This document shows, piece after piece, positions 1-12,433 of a stretch of 64,000 nucleotides of DNA. The notes beneath the pieces were generated by a model, which was not told the origin of the DNA, made no database searches, and saw nothing but the letters and a program-made list of their open reading frames with translations. A program made the translations under genes and the position numbers. Source of the stretch: Azolla caroliniana (Eukaryota; Plantae; Polypodiophyta); contig JBHGNT010000013.1 of the NCBI GenBank assembly GCA_043228905.1, positions 13,268,001 through 13,332,000 on the forward strand, in the 5' to 3' direction. Every line of letters starts with the position of its first letter. The stretch's first letter is position 1.

Positions 1-3000
1 TGATGATGATCTTACCTGTAGTGGGCTGAAACAATCAATAACCTTTGCTTTCTTTGCTGTAGCCAACAAAGATGCATTTTGTTGCTTTGTCTTGAAGCTT
101 ATGGCGTTGCTGTGGTGGCACAAATGCATAAGCCAAACTTCCAAAGATTCTCATGTGTCCAACATTTGGCTTGTGACCAGTTCAAGCCTTATACGGAGTG
201 ATAGTTGTTATTGCTTTTGTGGGGCATCTATTCAAAACATAGTTTGCACACATTACAGCTTCCAACCAAAACTTATGAGGTAGCTTCTTACCGTTGAGCA
301 TGCATCTTGCCATCTCCATGAGAGATCTATTCTTTCTCTCAGCCAAACCATTTTGTTGTGGTGTGTATGGAGTGGTGCATTGATGAATAATACCTCTATC
401 CTTCAAGAAAACATTGAACTCGTGAGACATGTACTCACCCCTCTATCGGTGCGAAGAGTAATGAGTTTGTGACCGCTAAGATTTTCAGCAAGGTGTAAGA
501 ATTCTTTGAAGCATGAAAAGACATTAGATTTCTCCTTCAAAGGATATACCCAAGTGTGTCGGGTAGCATCATCAATGAATGTAAGAAAATAAAGATAACC
601 TCCAATTGATGGTGTCCTCATTGGGCCACATACATCACTATGTACAAGTTGAAGCTTGTGTGTTGCCAAAACATTTGCATCTTTTGGAAATGAAAACCTG
701 TGCATCTTCCCTAGAATACAGCCCTCACAAACATGATTAGATGGTACATGAATGGAAGGAAGATTGCATACCATGTCATGCTTGCTAAGCCGTGCAAGGC
801 TACTGAAATTTAAATGGCCGAACCAAGCATGCCATAGTTCAGATTTGCTTTGTGTTTGGGCATCCACCGCTAATGCATTTTGGTCATCAAATTTCTGATA
901 TATGTCAAGCTTGTAAAGGTTGTTGAACAAACTACCTGTTATGACAATGATATCGCCCTTTGTACGATCATGTATTGTGCATTTGTCATAGAGAAAATGG
1001 ACAGGGTATCCATGCATAGCAATGGCAGAAACAGAAAGAAGGTTTTTCTTTATGCCAGGGACATAGAGAACATTGTTCAAGGTGACTACATCCCCATTGA
1101 CAGCTGTAATATGAACTTGACCAATGCCTTTTATGGTGTAAGAAGCATTATTGGCACAAGTAACGGTGCCCGCCTTATGACAAGCTTCTTCAAGCGTGAC
1201 AAAGAAATTTTTGCAAGAAGTTATGTGTTTAGAAGCACCGCTATCAAAATACCAATCATCTGTAGTCACTTACTGATAAACATACATCATCCTTTGAGGG
1301 ATCATACATTGTATGTATCGAGAATGCCCACTCATGTTGAGCAATGTGTGCTTCTACCTTCGTACCAGTAGAGGTGGTGACATTAAGACTAGACTGCTTT
1401 TTCTTCTCTTCACTAGCTTTCCTTTTTTGACACTCGCTAATGTCATGGCCTGGTTTACAACAGTAATTGCACCTTATCTTCTTCTTCTCATCATGGAAAG
1501 TCGAGGCATCATTGCCTTTAGAAGAAAGGTTACTTTGTTTTCGTCCTTGTTGGCCTTTGAACTTGGAAGAGGTAACAAAGGCTTGATCACCACTATTAAG
1601 AACATCTCGATTTGCTCGAGACTGAAATTCCTGTAAGAGAAGGGAGATTAGCTCATCAAAACTGAAGCTCTCTTTACCTCTTGTAAGAAGCCTTATTGTT
1701 GTGGCGAAGCCTTGATATGAATCCGGAAGCGCGGCAAGAACTTTAGAAACGAGTTGCTTGTCTGAAATCACTTCATCAATGTTGAGTAGTTGTTCTTTGA
1801 AGTCCTTGATTTTTGTTAAGAATGCATCCATGGATTCACCTTCTTGCATCCTTGTTTCTTCAAGTTGTCGCTTAAGCATAGCGACTCTTGCTTCATTCCT
1901 TTGAGCATACAAATTCTTTAACACATCCCATGCACTTTTTGAAGTCATGCAAGATTGGATATGTGGAACAATGTGACGTTTGACCGATAGTGCGATGAGA
2001 GCATGGGCTTGAGCATCCTTACCATCCCACTTAAGTTGTGAAGAGGTGGGTAGTTGAGTGGAGCTTGAAGCATTGTCTGCGTCAGTTGTTCCTGAACGGG
2101 AGGGAGAGTTTGGAGAAGAACTCAAAGATGGACGTTCATCGGATCCGATGACAATGTCCCATAGCTGCTTTGCTACTAGTACATGTCTCATCATGTACGC
2201 CCACATAGGATAGTTAGTACCATCCAACTTGTCTTCAACATTAAGCATACTAAAAATATTAGTTTGCTCAGCCATTGAAGAAGCAAGAAATATGGATTAG
2301 ATATTGCAATACTTGGTGGTTATATTCACCAAAATGTACTGAAGCAATATAATATTGAGGCAATAGATGAGAGATAAGAGTTACTCTGATGTGCTGAAAA
2401 CTAATTTTGTTGTGGTAAAAATTGGTTGCTGCAATTGCTGTGCAGTTAGGGTTTGAGACTGCTACAAATTTTGTTTTGACTATACCTCCAAAAACAAAAA
2501 ACCGATTTGGGTGTGCAAGTAGTCAGAAGAATCAGCTTGTAATCTAATTTCTAAAAATGGGAAAATAGAGAAAGATCGCCTTTGCTGTAGCTTTTTGTTC
2601 ACACTTTTGTTGCTGTACATGGAGAGGTTTGATGTCTTCTTAGGTGGGAAGAGATAAACAGAAAGATCTATGTATGCCTATTTGGAAGGATAGGATAGAG
2701 AAAGTAACCTAAACCTGCTCTGATACCATGTAGAAAAATCAGGGATCTAGACTAACTCTCATACAGCAAGATCACTTAGAAGACTTAAGAGAATATTAGT
2801 AGATTAGGGAAAAACGAGCACTACTATTACAAAGATGTAGAATCTGGTTTATATAACCAGTTTCTACAAGACTTATAGACCCAACAGTTACTATATTAGG
2901 TTCACACTATTATAGCTATATTCACACCTAACAACTACCTAACTAGGTTCAAACTATTCTAAGTGTGTTCACACCCAACAGTTACTTAACTGGGTTCACA

Positions 3001-3125
3001 CTATTATAACAATGTTCACACCAAAGCTTTCATAGGATACACATTAAGTGTAACAAGTACCCTTCTACCCATCATCTTCAAACTTAGATATACACAAGAT
3101 ACCCCTAGGATAAGAATTCACGACA
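1..3125 (-). mobile_element. Ty1/copia LTR retrotransposon, 5' part (LTR 2729-3125, iMet PBS, gag-PR-IN), degenerate, continues beyond window start
   Basis: LTR bounded by TG...CA; PBS TGGTATCAGAGC at 2728-2717; gag ORF 2275-1256 with CCHC knuckle; WYFDSGAS protease, LWH..FGH GAG-pre-integrase, HSDVCGP/DDATR/PQQNGLAERKNR integrase; frameshifts near 1265 and 435 and a stop at 182. Confidence 0.95.
182..2275 (-). pseudogene. Copia gag-pol polyprotein, broken into three ORFs
   Basis: ORFs 1256-2275, 403-1269 and 182-430 are consecutive parts of one copia polyprotein. Confidence 0.9.
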
Positions 3126-3600
3126 TGCGAAAAAAATCTTCATGTGAACTTACTCATAGATCCCCAACTATTCAAAATACCCAAACCCTTTATATGCTGG
3201 AGTAAGTCCAAGTCCGTTCACTCTTTTCTTGTCAAAATGAAATATAAAAGATCATCCCCAAATCCTCTTACTTAATACTATACACATACTTATAATCCCC
3301 CTCTTTTCATAGCCCACCCCCACTTATTACTTACCATACAGGTACTTATAACCGCTCACTTTTCATAGCCCACCCCCACTTATTATTTATCAATTCATTG
3401 CCTATCACTATCCCTCACTAACTCGTATTCCATCTCTGCCCCTTCTCTCCCTATATAAACCTATACCCATGTTGTTAATGACCTTTGCACTAATGAGCTC
3501 ACTCTAGAGCGAAACTAGTTTGCATAAGGTCTTTCCTCGTAATGAAATTTTCTTGAGTTTCTCTCTCTATCTCTACTCTCACTCTCAATTGCCATAGTAC
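3126..3600 (+). mobile_element. 3' end of a putative Penelope-like retroelement (RT thumb tail, 3' UTR duplication, hammerhead); right boundary approximate
   Basis: Open frame 3126-3275 (EKNLHVNLLIDPQLFKIPKPFICWSKSKSVHSFLVKMKYKR...stop) resembles the PLE post-RT motif; ~56-bp direct duplication at 3287-3385; TATA at 3452; hammerhead at 3480-3531. Confidence 0.6.
3480..3531 (+). ncRNA. Minimal type I hammerhead ribozyme (PLE-type) with a G5A core substitution
   Basis: Stem I GACCTT-TGCA/TGCA(T)AAGGTC; core CTAATGA; stem II GCTC-actcta-GAGC; GAAA; stem III A-[CTAG]-T; cleavage triplet GTT. Confidence 0.85.
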
Positions 3601-4257
3601 GTAATATATTGAATGCATTGGCAAACTTTTTTTCATACAAGTGCAAACAAATGCGTATGTTATCACAACATTCTTATGTTTTTTTTTACACTTTTTACCT
3701 TATAATAAATAATGAAACAAAAGTATGGTATTTACCATACTTCAAGGGTGGTTACCATACTCGAATGATTGAAACATTCTGGAATGCGAATGCATGTATG
3801 GTACGTATAGTTTATATTATGATCCATACATCATCACATTAGTTGGAGATAGAGATATGAGGGTGAGGGGTGTATGTTCCAAGCAAAGAATGTCTTTGTT
3901 ATGCCTTACAGAGCCAAAGCTTGAGGAGCACTACCTTGTTGCTGTGCAATGTACTTTGAGATTGGAGGATGCTTCCACTATCTCTCTAGGGAGAGATTTT
4001 TGTAGTTCTTATTACTTGTCATCTGTAGATTTATTGAATCTAGAGTCAACGAGGTGCATACAAAGACAAATGTTAGAGTTCTTCTGAAGGATGTGTCCAG
4101 TGCATTTTGCGAGCACAACTAGCACCTCAAAGGGATATTGCTTGACTAGCTAGTGCATTTTGTTTACCTTAGATGCATAGTGATTAACTTATTATCACAT
4201 AGAAGGTGTAGTAAGATGTAGCCCGCATTGGAACACATAGTAGTGTTGCCCAATGTG

Positions 4258-5587
4258 AAAAAATCTTGGAAATGCTAAGCACATTTATGGGTTAAGAATC
4301 AGTCAGAACAGGCAAAAGAAGTTACTATTTGTGTCCCAAGAGATGTACGTTGAGAAGGTATTGGAAAGATTTCAGATGACTAATGCAAAGCCATATTCAA
4401 TGCCTCTTAAATCACAAGAAAAGCTTTAAAAGCACATTATCACAAAGACAAAGGAAACAGAAAAAATGCAGGCTATCTTTTATGGAAAAATAAATGCAGG
4501 CTATCCCATATGCCTCAGCTTGTGGGTCATTGATGTATGCAATGGTATCAACATGACCTGATATTGCTAATGCAGTAGGAGTAGTAAGCAAATTTATGAG
4601 TCAACCTAGACTAAGCCATTGGACTGTAATCAACTCTATCCTTAGATATCTCAAAGGCAGTAAGGAAAAAAACATTTGTTATGGCAAAGGGGACTTGAAT
4701 CTTCATGACTAGTGTGATTCTGATTTGGTTGGAGATGTAGACATTTGGCTACATCTATACCCTTGCAGGGGGAGCTATTTCTTGGTGTTCAAGGCTGCAA
4801 CGAATCAATGCACTCTCTACTACAGAAGCTGAATATATCTCAGCTACAGAGGCTTCAAAGGAGGCCATTTGGTTACCTCTCTTGGACTCCCAAAGCAAAT
4901 TCTAGTCCTACATTGTGATAACCAAAGTCCCATATGTTTGGCAAACAACCCTGTTTACCATGCACGGACCAAACATATTGATATTTACTATCACTTCATT
5001 AGAGATGATAGACAATGGTCAAATCCAATGGATAAGGATTGATACCACTAAGAATCCGAAAGATTGTTTAACAAATTGTTTATTAAAGACAGTTCTCCAA
5101 CAATGACTTGAGCGAGTGGGAGTTGTCCAGTAGAGTAACCTAGCTCCTTTAAGTGGGAGGTTGTTGGGATTTAAGGTCCTTTAGGTTTCTCTAACTAAAC
5201 TAGAAAAACGTTTTTATATTATTTAATATTTTCTAATTTTTGTTAAAGTTATACATTCTCGTTTTCATAACTGTACTACAACTTTTAAAAGAATATTTTG
5301 TAGTTTGAATGGGATCCTTGAATAAGATTCCCACTCAACATTAAATAGGTATTTATGAGACCACGACTTAGTTTTCACATCAGCATTTAAAGCTCTTCTT
5401 CTAAGAGCATATCCTATGTATCTTGGATAGCACATATATGTGTTTGTGAGCACTCCTACCTTGTATATTTTTGAAGTGAAGTGTTTTGCAGAACTGCTTC
5501 TACTTTTTTAATCCCTCCAATCTGTTAAACCCTATAATTGTTTTTAGTTTCTATATCTCTGTCTTAAGATATTTCAGAAAACTGTCA
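4258..5587 (+). mobile_element. Degenerate Ty1/copia RT-RNase H, PPT and 3' LTR remnant (right boundary approximate)
   Basis: [53 protein letters not shown]; PPT AAGTGGGAGG at 5151-5160, then TGTTG at 5162. Confidence 0.85.
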
Positions 5588-5589
5588 TT

Positions 5590-6170
5590 CTATCTACTAC
5601 TTACATATCATATTATATGTTGATGACCTTCTAATTACAGGGTCCCTTGCTTCTAAAATCAAGGAGCTCTGCACTGACCACAAAACCACATTTGAAGTGA
5701 CTGATTTAGGACTTCTCCATTACTTCTTAGGCCTGGAGGTCTAGGTCTATCAATCACATGGTGGTATCTTCCTCAGCCAACAGAAGTAGCTTAGATAGCT
5801 CCTTGAGACATGGCGTGTCAAATTGCAGGCCACTCTTATGTCCATGGATCCAAACTCAAAGCTATCGTGTGAACATGATTCTCCCATATTTGAAGATATC
5901 ACAAAACATAGAAGGTTAATTAGTCTCTTCTTCACTTAACTTATACTTGGCTTGATTTGTCCTAAAGTGTAAGTATTCTTAGCTAATTCATTGGCAAGCA
6001 GCTATTCGTGTTCTTAGGTATTTGGCCAACACTCTCGAATATGGTCTCTTTTAGGGCGGAATTGAGCTTGTTGGCTTCTCATACGCTGATTGGGCAGGTG
6101 ATATTGATTCTAGAAGGTTCACATCTGGATATTGTTGTTTTAGGCTCAGGTTTAATTTATTGGAAATCAA
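5590..6170 (+). mobile_element. Second Ty1/copia RT to RNase H fragment
   Basis: LYVDDLLITG..MTDLGLLHYFLGLEV-like and ADWAGDIDSRRFTSGY..LGSGLIYWKSK motifs. Confidence 0.85.
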
Positions 6171-7532
6171 ATTGATGGTAATGGTGGGTGACAATCAAGA
6201 CACACTTCTAACAGATTCCCAGCGGAAAGGTATGTTTTTGTGAATTCTCATACACTGATTGGGCAGGTGATATTGATTCTAGAAGGTTCACATCTGGATA
6301 TTGTTGTGTTAGGCTCAGGTTTAATTTATTGGAAATCAAATTGATGGTAATGGTGGGTGACAATCAAGACACACTTCTAACAGATTCCCAGCGGAAAGGT
6401 ATGTTTTTGTGAATTCTCATACACTGATTGGGCAGGTGATATTGATTCTAGAAGGTTCACATCTGGATATTGTTGTGTTAGGCTCAGGTTTAATTTATTG
6501 GAAATCAAATTGATGGTAATGGTGGGTGATAATCAGATTCCCAGCGGAAAGGTATGTTTTTGTGAATTCTCATACACTGATTGGGCAGGTGATATTGATT
6601 CTAGAAGGTTCACATCTGGATATTGTTGTTTTAGGCTCAGGTTTAATTTATTGGAAATCAAATTGATGGTAATGGTGGGTGACAATCAAGACACACTTCT
6701 AACAGATTCCCAGCGGAAAGGTATGTTTTTGTGAATTCTCATACACTGATTGGGCAGGTGATATTGATTCTAGAAGGTTCACATCTGGATATTGTTGTGT
6801 TAGGCTCAGGTTTAATTTATTGGAAATCAAATTGATGGTAATGGTGGGTGATAATCAGATTCCCAGCGGAAAGGTATGTTTTTGTGAATTCTCATACACT
6901 GATTGGGCAGGTGATATTGATTCTAGAAGGTTCACATCTGGATATTGTTGTGTTAGGCTCAGGTTTAATTTATTGGAAATCAAATTGATGGTAATGGTGG
7001 GTGATAATCAGATTCCCAGCGGAAAGGTATGTTTTTGTGAATTCTCATACACTGATTGGGCAGGTGATATTGATTCTAGAAGGTTCACATCTGGATATTG
7101 TTGTTTTAGGCTCAGGTTTAATTTATTGGAAATCAAATTGATGGTAATGGTGGGTGACAATCAAGACACACTTCTAACAGATTCCCAGCGGAAAGGTATG
7201 TTTTTGTGAATTCTCATACACTGATTGGGCAGGTGATATTGATTCTAGAAGGTTCACATCTGGATATTGTTGTGTTAGGCTCAGGTTTAATTTATTGGAA
7301 ATCAAATTGATGGTAATGGTGGGTGATAATCAGATTCCCAGCGGAAAGGTATGTTTTTGTGAATTCTCATACACTGATTGGGCAGGTGATATTGATTCTA
7401 GAAGGTTCACATCTGGATATTGTTGTGTTAGGCTCAGGTTTAATTTATTGGAAATCAAATTGATGGTAATGGTGGGTGATAATCAAGACACACTTCTAAC
7501 AGATTCCCAGTGGAAAGGTATGTTTTTGTGAA
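6076..7532 (+). repeat. Tandem array of 9 units (5 x 169 bp, 4 x 153 bp), chimeric Copia RNase H / WD40 exon-intron monomer
   Basis: Units start at 6076, 6245, 6414, 6567, 6736, 6889, 7042, 7211, 7364; near-identical apart from a 16-bp indel and a few SNPs. Confidence 0.97.
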
Positions 7533-7746
7533 TAAAAATTGTACTTCAACCACACTGGAGTAAATATGATACTTGAAGTTGCATTACTAAAATCTTGCTG
7601 GAATGTTTAGGTCTTGGCAACGCTGAAAGGTCATCTAGACTACTCTTTTGGCTCAGCATGGCATCCTGATCAGAATCAAGACACTTCCTGCAGACTCTGG
7701 GATGTGAGGAATTTGAGCTCTTCACTTGCAGTTCTAAATGGTAGCC
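7457..7746 (+). pseudogene. Fragment of a WD40-repeat protein gene (C2A9.03/DUF2415-like): two partial exons and one intron
   Basis: KLMVMVGDNQDTLLTDSQ(S)GK, GT-AG intron 7518-7610, then VLATLKGHLDYSFGSAWHPD--NQDTSCRLWDVRNLSSSLAVL; frameshift and internal deletion. Confidence 0.8.
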
Positions 7747-8538
7747 TACTGGATTAATAAGAATGTTGATATAGATTTTCAAGATTATATTGATGTGGCC
7801 AAGGTGCAAAATAACCTGTAGGGGTAAAATATACTTTACATACATTTCATGGCGTCATAACTTACTGTTGAATTTCATTAATGTAATTTAAGGCTCAATG
7901 TATCTTAAATTCTTCAATGTAAGCCATATTGGAGTGACTCTGAGCTCGTAACTGTGCGAAAGACCAGTTCCTTTTCTTATTTAGGATTTTGCAATTGGAC
8001 GCATATCGGCTTGTGCTTGTCCTGAAGTACAGGAATCTTGTGTGCTGCACTGAAACTTTCCAAACTCTGATTTTTCTATTGATAATAATTTGGATTAGAC
8101 TTAATTTTTCTGTTGATGATAGCGTTCTGGACTAGACTTGGCCTTGTCTTTGATGGTGTAGAGATGCTTACCATGTTTTATCCTTTTGCTATGAGGTCAA
8201 TGATAAATTGTACAAAAAAATGTGAAAGTTTGTTGATTGCATTTAAAGAACAATGGGAGATACTCGTAGTACAGTGAATGTGGTATGTGGAGAGTATTAG
8301 AGAAACAACCTTTTTTTGTTTTACGCTAGTATGGTATAGCGGCTAGCCAATATGTCAAATATGGATGGAGAATTTGTCAAATAAAATAAAGCTTACAAAT
8401 GAATTTACAAAAGGCAAATAGGTGAGATTTGTTATAGGATATGTATGTGAGGTCAATTTTGAAAGACTATTTGTGGCATAGGGCTAGAGATATTTCTAAT
8501 GTTTTGGAATATTGTCTATTTGGAGATTCCCCATGAAA

Positions 8539-8588
<50 letters not shown>

Positions 8589-8592
8589 GAGA
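8539..8592. repeat. (TG)n(AG)n microsatellite
   Basis: Read directly from the sequence. Confidence 0.95.
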
Positions 8593-9029
8593 CTACGAAA
8601 TGTTGTAGCTGTGGATTTTATACACAACTAATGTAATTGTGCTTTTACCAAGAGAATTAAAAAATTTATCATACATAAAGAGGCCAAATTTGACCTATGA
8701 AACCAGAGTATACATGTGTTCTTGATATGTGTCTCCTTCCAAAGAAGGGGTATTCATACATTGAAGCACAAAGTCTTTATGCGTGAATAAAGCGTACACA
8801 TATGAGCACAACCTTCTAGGTGGTGTCTTAAGTATGGCACTTAGGTTACCACTCCCTCTTAGTATGTCAGCATATCTTGAATGAATTGCACTATATGTCG
8901 AGCATGTGAGGAGGAAGTAATAACATTCATCCTCTACCATGCCTAGAAGAGAGAGAGAGAGAGAGAGAGAAAGATATATTAACGTCTTTTAAGAGGCCAA
9001 AATGGCCTATATGACCAAACAAGAGATTA

Positions 9030-11460
9030 CATCTTAAGTGTTGTCTTGTCTTTGAGAACAAAAAATCAACAAATCAAAAATAAAATAAATATTACACCGT
9101 AAATATAAAAGTAAATAAGATAAAAAGAGACGAGGGAAACTAATTTTCAGCACATGTATTGTAACTTTTGTCTTCGAAAGATCCCTAGCATAGGTCGATC
9201 CAGAATGGAAAGTTCTTCGAAGCGAGGGAAGCATATGCGATGGTTGAAGATAATGGCTTTTATCTGTTGATGACAAGTGTGGTGAGGTCGTGGTCCATGG
9301 GGTTGAGGCCTACGTGCACAACAAATTGCTATTGGTTGATCAATTGTAAGCCCTTTGTTATGTCTTGTTGGGAGCCCATTTGTGTATCCCATCATTGACT
9401 TGTAGCATTAGTAGGATTGATGGGGCTAAAGAAAGTTGTGATTGTTCTTTGTGGATGAGCTTGTGTGGTTGTCTTCTTCAACAACTTTTCCCGAGGTCTC
9501 TTGAGCTTTAGCAAGAAAAGTCGTAGGCACCATTGGTCCTCATATTCCATTACCTTGTGTAGCGGGCAAAAACTTTGTTTAAAGAGACAATGGTATCTCC
9601 CTCTAATTTCATAAAAGACACCACAGTGACAAACATAGTGTTCTTCGGATTCCACTCCTTGATGACACAATTGGCAAATTTTGTCTTCTAGAGGTATTCT
9701 TGTATATATGCCTACCTCAATCTGTAACTAATGTGATGAAGTTCGCAACTGCCCTATCACACTATGTCGCGCATAGGATAGATGTATGTCCTTATAAGGT
9801 GGCCTAATGATGAATACATCCTTCGATGTGTGTAAGAAGTGTCTTATAGTGGGCCATCTTTGTACCAAGCGATATTTTGGGGCTAATCCATGTTATCTTG
9901 TTTTCCAAGTTAATAATATTAGTGCGGATCACTTGATTCTTTTCCACTTTGGTCATATTTAGATAGGGATAGTCCAAGCAATATTGGAACGGGGGTAGTG
10001 CATCTATACTCAAGCCATGTGACTCGAACCATTGCTGCATTTTAGCATACCAACAATGAATGTCTCTATTTTTAGCCAATTGTCTTGACGACATAAGTGC
10101 CAACCTTGGGTACCTTCGTTTAGGGAGATCCCAGAGATATTGGATAAATGTCACTGATCGGAACAATGCCTCGATGATTATAGGTGTTGCTCCCATCCCT
10201 GCCCGGATTATATTGCGGGGCACCGATGCTTTGCTCCTTATCATGCGAGCAATCGTTGGCACTAAAGGTCTCTCTAAGTCTTTCCGATGATTTGCCTTGT
10301 TAAGACTCGGTCCCCATGTTTCTACTCCATATAGAAGAGTTGGTGCGACAAGTGTATCAAATAACCATAGCCTAGTTAGTGGCTCTTGGAACTGCAAATG
10401 TGCACATTGTCTCTCGAAAGCACCAAGGGTTGCATATCCACGAGAAAGTCGGGCACAAGCAGCCTTTCGTAAGGAGAACCTAGGCCCTGTAAATGTTACT
10501 CCTAGGTATGCGTAGGAGCGTGTGTATTCCACATTTTCCTCTCCCAAGAAGAATTTCGGTTTTGATTTGGTTACCCATGCTTGAGTGGTGTTAAACACCA
10601 TCACTTTAGTTTTATCCATGTTGATTGACAAACCTTTGTCCTTACATTTAAATAGTTTTAATGCATTTAGATGTCTTTGTAGTCCTTCCGGAGAGTCAGA
10701 AATCATCACAATATCATCAACATATAGTAATATTTGTATAGCTATATCTGCTAAGTGTGCGTAAAAAAGGTTGATTCATGTGGGCATGAACCATGTGGGT
10801 TGGGAAGGGGAGGTGCATCTTCATGCCACACCTGAGGTGAGGTCAGTTGTGTGGTAGGTTGCCTCTAATTAAACATTTTCCATGCTCTTTTACTTTCTTG
10901 TCCTAGAAACAAGCGATACAGATGATCTTCAAATTTAGCCAAATACAATCTCTTCTTCTTCCTTACGAGGCGTTGGAAGGTTGCTCTTGCTTGTTTGTGT
11001 GTATAAATGCCCCGAGTTACATCACACTGCAAGCATCTCCTTGTATCATGACATTCCTCATCATACCAACTATTTTACATTACTCTACCACGTTTGGGGG
11101 GATTGGCCGTTGTGTGAGGAAAGGCATTTGTGCCTACTTTATGCAATGATTTTGGCAATCCTTGGGTAAGCTCACCAAGGGGTGCGAAAGGATCCAAATC
11201 TAGCAAGGCATTGTATACTCCACAACTATACACATCAATTGTCTCGCGAGTAAATAGATACTTAGCCAACCCACTCTCCTTAGCATATACATCCCTTCTG
11301 CATCCATCCTTTACCTCGAAGTGTAGGTATGCATGATTTGTTGCCAAGCCAATACGTCTTCCCAATATAACGAACTCTTTTATTTCAGTTATAAGAGATG
11401 GGGATCCCATTAGATAATCAATTGTGCTTGCACCTCCTTTTGGGTTCCAACATGTCAAAG
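9030..11460 (-). mobile_element. Internally deleted non-LTR retrotransposon, RTE-X-like (APE C-terminus, RT C-terminus, C-terminal CCHC)
   Basis: STIDY..TNHAYL (APE end, ORF 11075-11458); LLYVDD near 10720; GLQRHLNAL..INMDKTKVM..YLGVTF (ORF 9804-10709); LRTSSH.LQIEVG...CQLC..ESEEHYVCHC. Confidence 0.8.
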
Positions 11461-12169
11461 CAAGATGGTTTTACTCAATTGGTAAGGTTGTTTAGTGGAG
11501 AGTAAAAGGTCACGCAATGAACTCTTGCATTCCACAATGAAAGTTATGGACAATGAAATAAAGAGGTGTAAAAGTCTTGAATTCAATACCTTGTAATTAC
11601 AAAGTTTTTGCAGTATTTCAAGACATTAAGAAAGTTCACAAAGGGCATGGTTGTAGCTCATAGAGGTTCCGGGTTTTAGTTGCATCTACTGCACAATTTA
11701 GATTTGAACCTAAAAATTCGCTTACAACTTTTCTAAAGCATGTCTCGAATTAGATACCCATGGAGATGGATCATAGTTTCGCAAAGTTTGGGTTGAAGTT
11801 TCATAAAGAAGCGCATCGGGAGGCCTCTTTTTTATCTTTTCCTTTTTCCTTCCGATTACATTGTTGAAACGCTTCGTTGGTTCAAGGAGGGGTACAAAGC
11901 GACGTGGATCGAGAGCAAGGTAGCCTTTTTCCTCTCTGTGAGTCCGAAAAAGGCCCAAGTGTGTTTAGGTGAGTGTTCGACCAAGTGTGGGAAGGAAGGT
12001 GGGTGGGTGGGATGGAGAAACCATGGGATTTGCGATGTGCCGGATTGTGAGGGGACTCTTGTCACGAGCAGATGGACCACGGAGAGCTAGCGATCGGAAG
12101 GAGGAGTGAGTCGTACGAGCGAGAAGAAAGAAGAAAGAATTGTGTTGTGTGGATTATGTGTATATGTAT

Positions 12170-12173
12170 AACA

Positions 12174-12207
<34 letters not shown>

Positions 12208-12257
12208 GTGTATTTGTATAAATTATAATGGGGAAATGGGTGGTGGGTGTGGAGGGA

Positions 12258-12298
<41 letters not shown>

Positions 12299-12393
12299 AA
12301 AGGGGGGCAAATTCAGAGCCTCAAGTTTATTATCTATCACAATTCCTCTTCTCTTCTCTTCTCTTCATTCATTCATTCATTCCTATTCCTGTT

Positions 12394-12430
<37 letters not shown>
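12170..12430. repeat. (GTATAT)n, (GA)n and (CT)n microsatellites upstream of CP12
   Basis: Read directly from the sequence. Confidence 0.9.

Positions 12431-12433
<3 letters not shown>

Noticed and set aside
1256-1269. Programmed frameshift between Copia gag and pol ORFs
   Set aside because: Copia normally has one ORF, and this copy has other frameshifts and stops, so decay is the simpler explanation.
3840-4257. Possible gypsy RNase H remnant on the minus strand
   Set aside because: Only one weak motif (GKQNALA); too degenerate to call.
6076-7532. CRISPR array or genuine repeated small proteins
   Set aside because: No unique spacers, eukaryotic context, and the ORFs are by-products of the chimeric monomer.
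8988-9012. Second hammerhead (AAGA-GGCC-aaaat-GGCC)
   Set aside because: Lacks CUGA and GAAA cores and helix I.
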